The notes under the pieces are model-generated. The model ran no database searches. It worked only from the letters and a program-made list of their open reading frames with translations, and was not told the DNA's origin. Shown here in pieces: positions 55,369 through 58,872 of a stretch of 58,872 nt of DNA (the first letter of the stretch is position 1; each line of letters opens with the position of its first letter). This stretch comes from a bacterium (GTDB lineage: Bacteria > Patescibacteriota > Minisyncoccia > Phycocordibacterales > Phycocordibacteraceae): NCBI GenBank assembly GCA_021811365.1, contig JAJZPB010000004.1, positions 1 to 58,872 on the forward strand. Reading direction: 5' to 3'. The translations under genes and the position numbers were made by a program.

Positions 55369-56442
55369 GTGGCGCTCCTATTAGCAGGATTCGCTCTGGT
55401 TGCGCTCGCAGCGTCCATGCTACCGAGTAAAGCCAAGGCATTTTGGCCCTTTTCGACCGGCATAGCTGCCGCCACGAGTGCAGCCGTACCGAGCGCAACA
55501 ACGCCCGCGCTCGTTGCGCCCCTTAATAGCGACCCGAACGCGCGTGCTCCTATTGCTCTTGCCACATCCGAAAGCGCGCTTGTCGCCTACAGCGGTCCTT
55601 CAGGAACCATTGCCGATGTTGCCTCGACCACACAGTCCGACCGCATATCAGTCTATGTAGTGCGTCCGGGCGATACGCTTTCTGAAATTGCGAATATGTT
55701 CGGCGTGTCCGTAAATACCGTCATCTGGGCAAATAACCTCAAAGGCGCAAATGATATCCACCCGGGCGATATGCTTATCATCCTGCCCGTTTCTGGCGTA
55801 GAGCACGTGGTTCAAAAAGGCGACACGCTTACTTCGATTGCGGCAAAATACCACGCTGACCCGCTCGAAATCGCTCAGTACAACGGCCTCGACCCTCAGG
55901 CACCGCCTCCGGTCGGAGCAACAATCACCATTCCAGGCGGCGAGCTTTCTATACCGTCGACTTCCTCTCTTAGCACGCCGCACAGCAGTGGCACCAAACG
56001 CGCACCGAGCAGAGGCAAGATTAGCGAGCCGTACCTCGGCGGCAATGGCCCTGCCCTTCCTGGCTTCTTTGCGAGCCCCGTACCAGGCGGGATCATTACG
56101 CAGGGCATTCATGGGTGGAATGCTGTTGATATCGGAGCGCCGCGCGGCACGCCAATTCACGCCGCCGCTTCCGGCACGGTCATCATCGCGCGCGGTAACG
56201 GCGCATGGAATGGCGGCTACGGCAATTACGTCGTCATTAACCTCAGCAACGGCGTGCAAACCCTCTACGCACACATGCTGCGCACAGCAGTGTCTCCGGG
56301 CGAGACAGTTACAAAAAATCAAATCATCGGGTACGTCGGCATGACCGGCTGGACTACCGGACCGCACGTTCACTTTGAGGTGCGCGGCGCGGCAAACCCA
56401 TTCCGTAACTGTCCCGTCGGCGACTCCTGCAGCCCACAATAA
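55369..56442 (+). CDS. LysM-LysM-M23 peptidoglycan endopeptidase
   Basis: YVVRPGDTLSEIA and HVVQKGDTLTSIA LysM repeats; H...AVD, GYGNYV, TLYAH, TGPHVHFEV. Confidence 0.93.
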   Translation: MALLLAGFALVALAASMLPSKAKAFWPFSTGIAAATSAAVPSATTPALVAPLNSDPNARAPIALATSESALVAYSGPSGTIADVASTTQSDRISVYVVRPGDTLSEIANMFGVSVNTVIWANNLKGANDIHPGDMLIILPVSGVEHVVQKGDTLTSIAAKYHADPLEIAQYNGLDPQAPPPVGATITIPGGELSIPSTSSLSTPHSSGTKRAPSRGKISEPYLGGNGPALPGFFASPVPGGIITQGIHGWNAVDIGAPRGTPIHAAASGTVIIARGNGAWNGGYGNYVVINLSNGVQTLYAHMLRTAVSPGETVTKNQIIGYVGMTGWTTGPHVHFEVRGAANPFRNCPVGDSCSPQ

Positions 56443-56504
56443 AAACAACATACCAGCAGGCGGCGCAAATCGCGCCGCCTGCTATCGCGTTTTAGCGCGC
56501 CGCC

Positions 56505-57209
56505 CTACCCTTTAGCTCCCGAGAACACCATAATCGGGCTGCCACTTTCGTCAATGGTTACGGTCTGGAGTTCCCGCTGAAGAAGTTCGAGCACTGTTTG
56601 CCGGTCGGCGGCCGTAAATTCTTTGATCGCGCCTGCTGGATAATTTGCAAACTGTGTTTCGCCTAGGCTCGTCTGAAACTCATAACACGCCGACTCGTTG
56701 CGAACCCAGAGTCGGTATACCGCACCCGTTGCGTAATGCCCCATCGCCGCGTCCCCAATGGGCGAGAACACGCTAGTCGAGTACGCGTCGGCAGTATTGG
56801 TCGAGACGGGGGTGATGCTCGCAGCATATCCTGCAGGCGGCGTATCCAAACACAGCCGTTCGGTCGCTATATCCGAGCGCTTGCGTATGCTCACTCCCGC
56901 ATCTTCGAAGTTCGTACCCTGGTATGCGGCACCACTATAATAAAGACAGTACGCGAAGCTTTGGCCGCACGGCGGAATGTAGCCACTCTTCAAGACCTGC
57001 TGTGGCGTCACGGCAAGTCCGAAGTCGGGGAGCTGCGCGAAGGTTATGATGCCGTCAGACGTGGTGTTGACCGTCGAAGTCGCAGTCTGCACCGTAGTCG
57101 TACTGGTCGGCGAAACTCCCGAGCCGACCGGCTGGCTCCACACATAGTACCCAACACCCCCAAGTATGATAGTGAGCGCTAAAATCACAAAAACGGTGTT
57201 TGTTCGCAT
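56505..57209 (-). CDS. secreted/membrane-anchored hypothetical protein with four Cys
   Basis: N-terminal TM, Thr-rich linker, GDAAMG...YR.....CYEF. Confidence 0.7.
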   Translation of the reverse strand: MRTNTVFVILALTIILGGVGYYVWSQPVGSGVSPTSTTTVQTATSTVNTTSDGIITFAQLPDFGLAVTPQQVLKSGYIPPCGQSFAYCLYYSGAAYQGTNFEDAGVSIRKRSDIATERLCLDTPPAGYAASITPVSTNTADAYSTSVFSPIGDAAMGHYATGAVYRLWVRNESACYEFQTSLGETQFANYPAGAIKEFTAADRQTVLELLQRELQTVTIDESGSPIMVFSGAKG

Positions 57210-57271
57210 AGGCCTAAGTATAGGACGAATCGGACCGGGCGTGTCTTACGTCACGGGTGTTCGCTCAAGAA

Positions 57272-57381
57272 GCAGAACCGCTGTTACTTTTTGAGAGTTG
57301 GCGAAGCGCAGCGACATCCCCTCGCGCCGTAAGGCGCGGGGAGTTTGAGCGAAGTGCTCTCAAAAGTAACAGCGGTTCTGC
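57272..57381. repeat. 110-bp element with ~25-bp terminal inverted repeats and internal GNRA hairpin
   Basis: GCAGAACCGCTGTTACTTTT(T)GAGAG ... CTCTCAAAAGTAACAGCGGTTCTGC; inner TCGCGCC-GTAA-GGCGCGG. Confidence 0.85.
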
Positions 57382-57391
57382 AATCAATCAG

Positions 57392-58027
57392 CTAGCCTGC
57401 CGTAACCTCGAGCATCCGCCACAGGTAGAAACAGGCGACCGTGCGGTTGCCGCGCCACGGCGCTGCAAGCTTTTCCATCTGCGCCGGTGCGGGTAGCGTT
57501 CTCAGCTTGAACACGCGCTGAAACGCTTTCTGAATGCCTAAATCACCGGTCGGCAACACATCCGGGCGATGGAGCGTAAACATGAGAAACATCTGCGCCG
57601 TCCAACGACCAACGCCTTTCACCGCACAGACGTGTTCAATGATGTCTTCGTCACTCATTTTGGGAAACTGCACCGGGGCGACTGTTCCGTCCAAAAACTT
57701 CGCGGCAAGGTCCTTAAGATAGGTAGCTTTCTGTAGCGAAAGTCCGCAGGTTCTCATACGGGCAATGTCCATGCGTGCAACAGCGCGCGGCGTTGGAAAT
57801 GCAGCACGAGGCCAGAGCGCGCGAAAACGCACAAGTATGGAAGCAGCCGCGTTTCCAGAAATTTGTTGGTATATGATTGCTTCACAGAGCGCTTGAAACG
57901 GGTCTTCGGCGTGCGCCCGGCGAAACGTCAGCGGGCCGCACGAGCTAACGAACGCACCCAGACGCGCGTCGTCCTTGAGCGTCCGCCTTGCTTTCAGTAT
58001 AAGTGCGCGCTCTGTCATGTTCGGCAT
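57392..58027 (-). CDS. alkA: DNA-3-methyladenine glycosylase II (AlkA-like)
   Basis: IIYQQIS, GLSLQKA, VKGVGRWTAQMFL, DVLPTGDLG, YLW. Confidence 0.9.
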   Translation of the reverse strand: MPNMTERALILKARRTLKDDARLGAFVSSCGPLTFRRAHAEDPFQALCEAIIYQQISGNAAASILVRFRALWPRAAFPTPRAVARMDIARMRTCGLSLQKATYLKDLAAKFLDGTVAPVQFPKMSDEDIIEHVCAVKGVGRWTAQMFLMFTLHRPDVLPTGDLGIQKAFQRVFKLRTLPAPAQMEKLAAPWRGNRTVACFYLWRMLEVTAG

Positions 58028-58058
58028 ACTACACGAACAGTATTCTCCACTCTTGTAT

Positions 58059-58872
58059 TTATTCAAAACCCAGGAGACCGCGCGGGCGATACTGGAGTGC
58101 TTCGAGCACATGCGCGCTTTCGACACTATCGCTTTCGGCAAGATCAGCGATGGTTCGTGCTATGCGCAGTGTGCGGTGATAGCCGCGCGGAGAAAGACCA
58201 AGGCGGGCCGCTGCGACAGAGAGCGTGTCCCGCGCAGATTTCGAAATCGCACTAATGTCATCGAGTTGTCTCGAGGAAAGCGTCGCATTGGTCGCGCTGG
58301 CTTTGCCAGCGCGCTTCTGCGCGCGAGCACGCGCTTTGGCGACTCGCGCACGCACTGTTTCCGAAGCCTCTCCGGTCGCAAGTTTCGCCAATGTCTCATG
58401 CGGCACGTGCGGCACCTCTACCCAGAGGTCGAGCCGGTCGGCGATGGGTCGTGAAATGCGGCGCGCCTGGCGCGCCGCAGCACGATCCGTGACGCGCGGA
58501 TCGTTCGAGAGCGAGTCGGCAGGATTCATAGCCGCAACGAGCATGCAGTCCGCCGGAAAGGTGATGCTCGCCTTCGCTCGCGCTACCGTAACAACACGGT
58601 CTTCGAGCGGCTGCCGCAACGCTTCAAGCGTACGCGGATCGAACTCAGGGAATTCGTCCAGAAAAAGCACACCCTTGTGCGCGAGGGTAACTTCTCCCGC
58701 TTTCGGCACCGTGCCGCCTCCCACAATCGCCACCATTGAAACGCTATGGTGGGGAGCGCGCAAGGGCGGATAGTGCACCACTGCGCCCTCTTTTAGCACG
58801 CCTGCGGTCGAGTGAATAGCCGTTACTTCGAGCGCCTCGTCATTTGTTAAGGGCGGCAAGATGCCCGGGAGC
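58059..58872 (-). CDS. comM: ComM/YifB Mg-chelatase-like AAA+ ATPase (5'-truncated by the window edge)
   Basis: [46 protein letters not shown]. Confidence 0.93.
   Translation of the reverse strand, partial: LPGILPPLTNDEALEVTAIHSTAGVLKEGAVVHYPPLRAPHHSVSMVAIVGGGTVPKAGEVTLAHKGVLFLDEFPEFDPRTLEALRQPLEDRVVTVARAKASITFPADCMLVAAMNPADSLSNDPRVTDRAAARQARRISRPIADRLDLWVEVPHVPHETLAKLATGEASETVRARVAKARARAQKRAGKASATNATLSSRQLDDISAISKSARDTLSVAAARLGLSPRGYHRTLRIARTIADLAESDSVESAHVLEALQYRPRGLLGFE

Noticed and set aside
1-58872. tRNA/rRNA genes, transposases, integrases, introns or inteins, and genetic code 25
   Set aside because: No cloverleaf or GTTCGA T-arm contexts recognised, no mobile-element ORFs, conserved genes are uninterrupted, and TGA terminates conserved genes such as secG, rplE and rplO

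Overview
Core-genome segment of a small-genome bacterium with Candidate Phyla Radiation (Patescibacteria, Parcubacteria-like) hallmarks: no rpmD between rpsE and rplO, a truncated L24, extended ribosomal proteins, CPR-style surface proteins, and the standard genetic code with TGA as stop. It contains groESL, secG plus an orphan peptide-binding protein, RNase J, a base-excision/nucleotide-salvage cluster (MutY, Nth, NDT, HAD), an ECF sigma pair, infC-rpmI-rplT, a second beta-CASP nuclease, ndk-map-adk-cmk-secY, and the spc/S10/str ribosomal superoperon. That superoperon is split into separately promoted pieces by inserted surface-protein genes. Further along are a VirB5/VirB6-like envelope cluster, ksgA, pcrA, a LysM-M23 peptidase, alkA and a partial comM. 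No tRNA, rRNA, CRISPR array, transposase or integrase was seen. The best leads are (1) an unannotated tandem pair of ~145-nt rod-shaped ncRNAs sharing an identical 32-nt core (6S-like) between ndk and the beta-CASP gene, (2) a foreign-looking two-gene module of secreted Gly/Ser-rich and Cys-containing proteins inside the str operon, (3) a surface-protein gene flanked by a duplicated 34-bp palindrome between fusA and tuf, (4) structured or shared 5' leaders on the ribosomal operon fragments plus widespread leaderless gene starts, and (5) MutY and Nth lacking their Fe-S ligands. All protein calls come from motif recognition by eye, and all RNA folds were done by hand; no database search was run.
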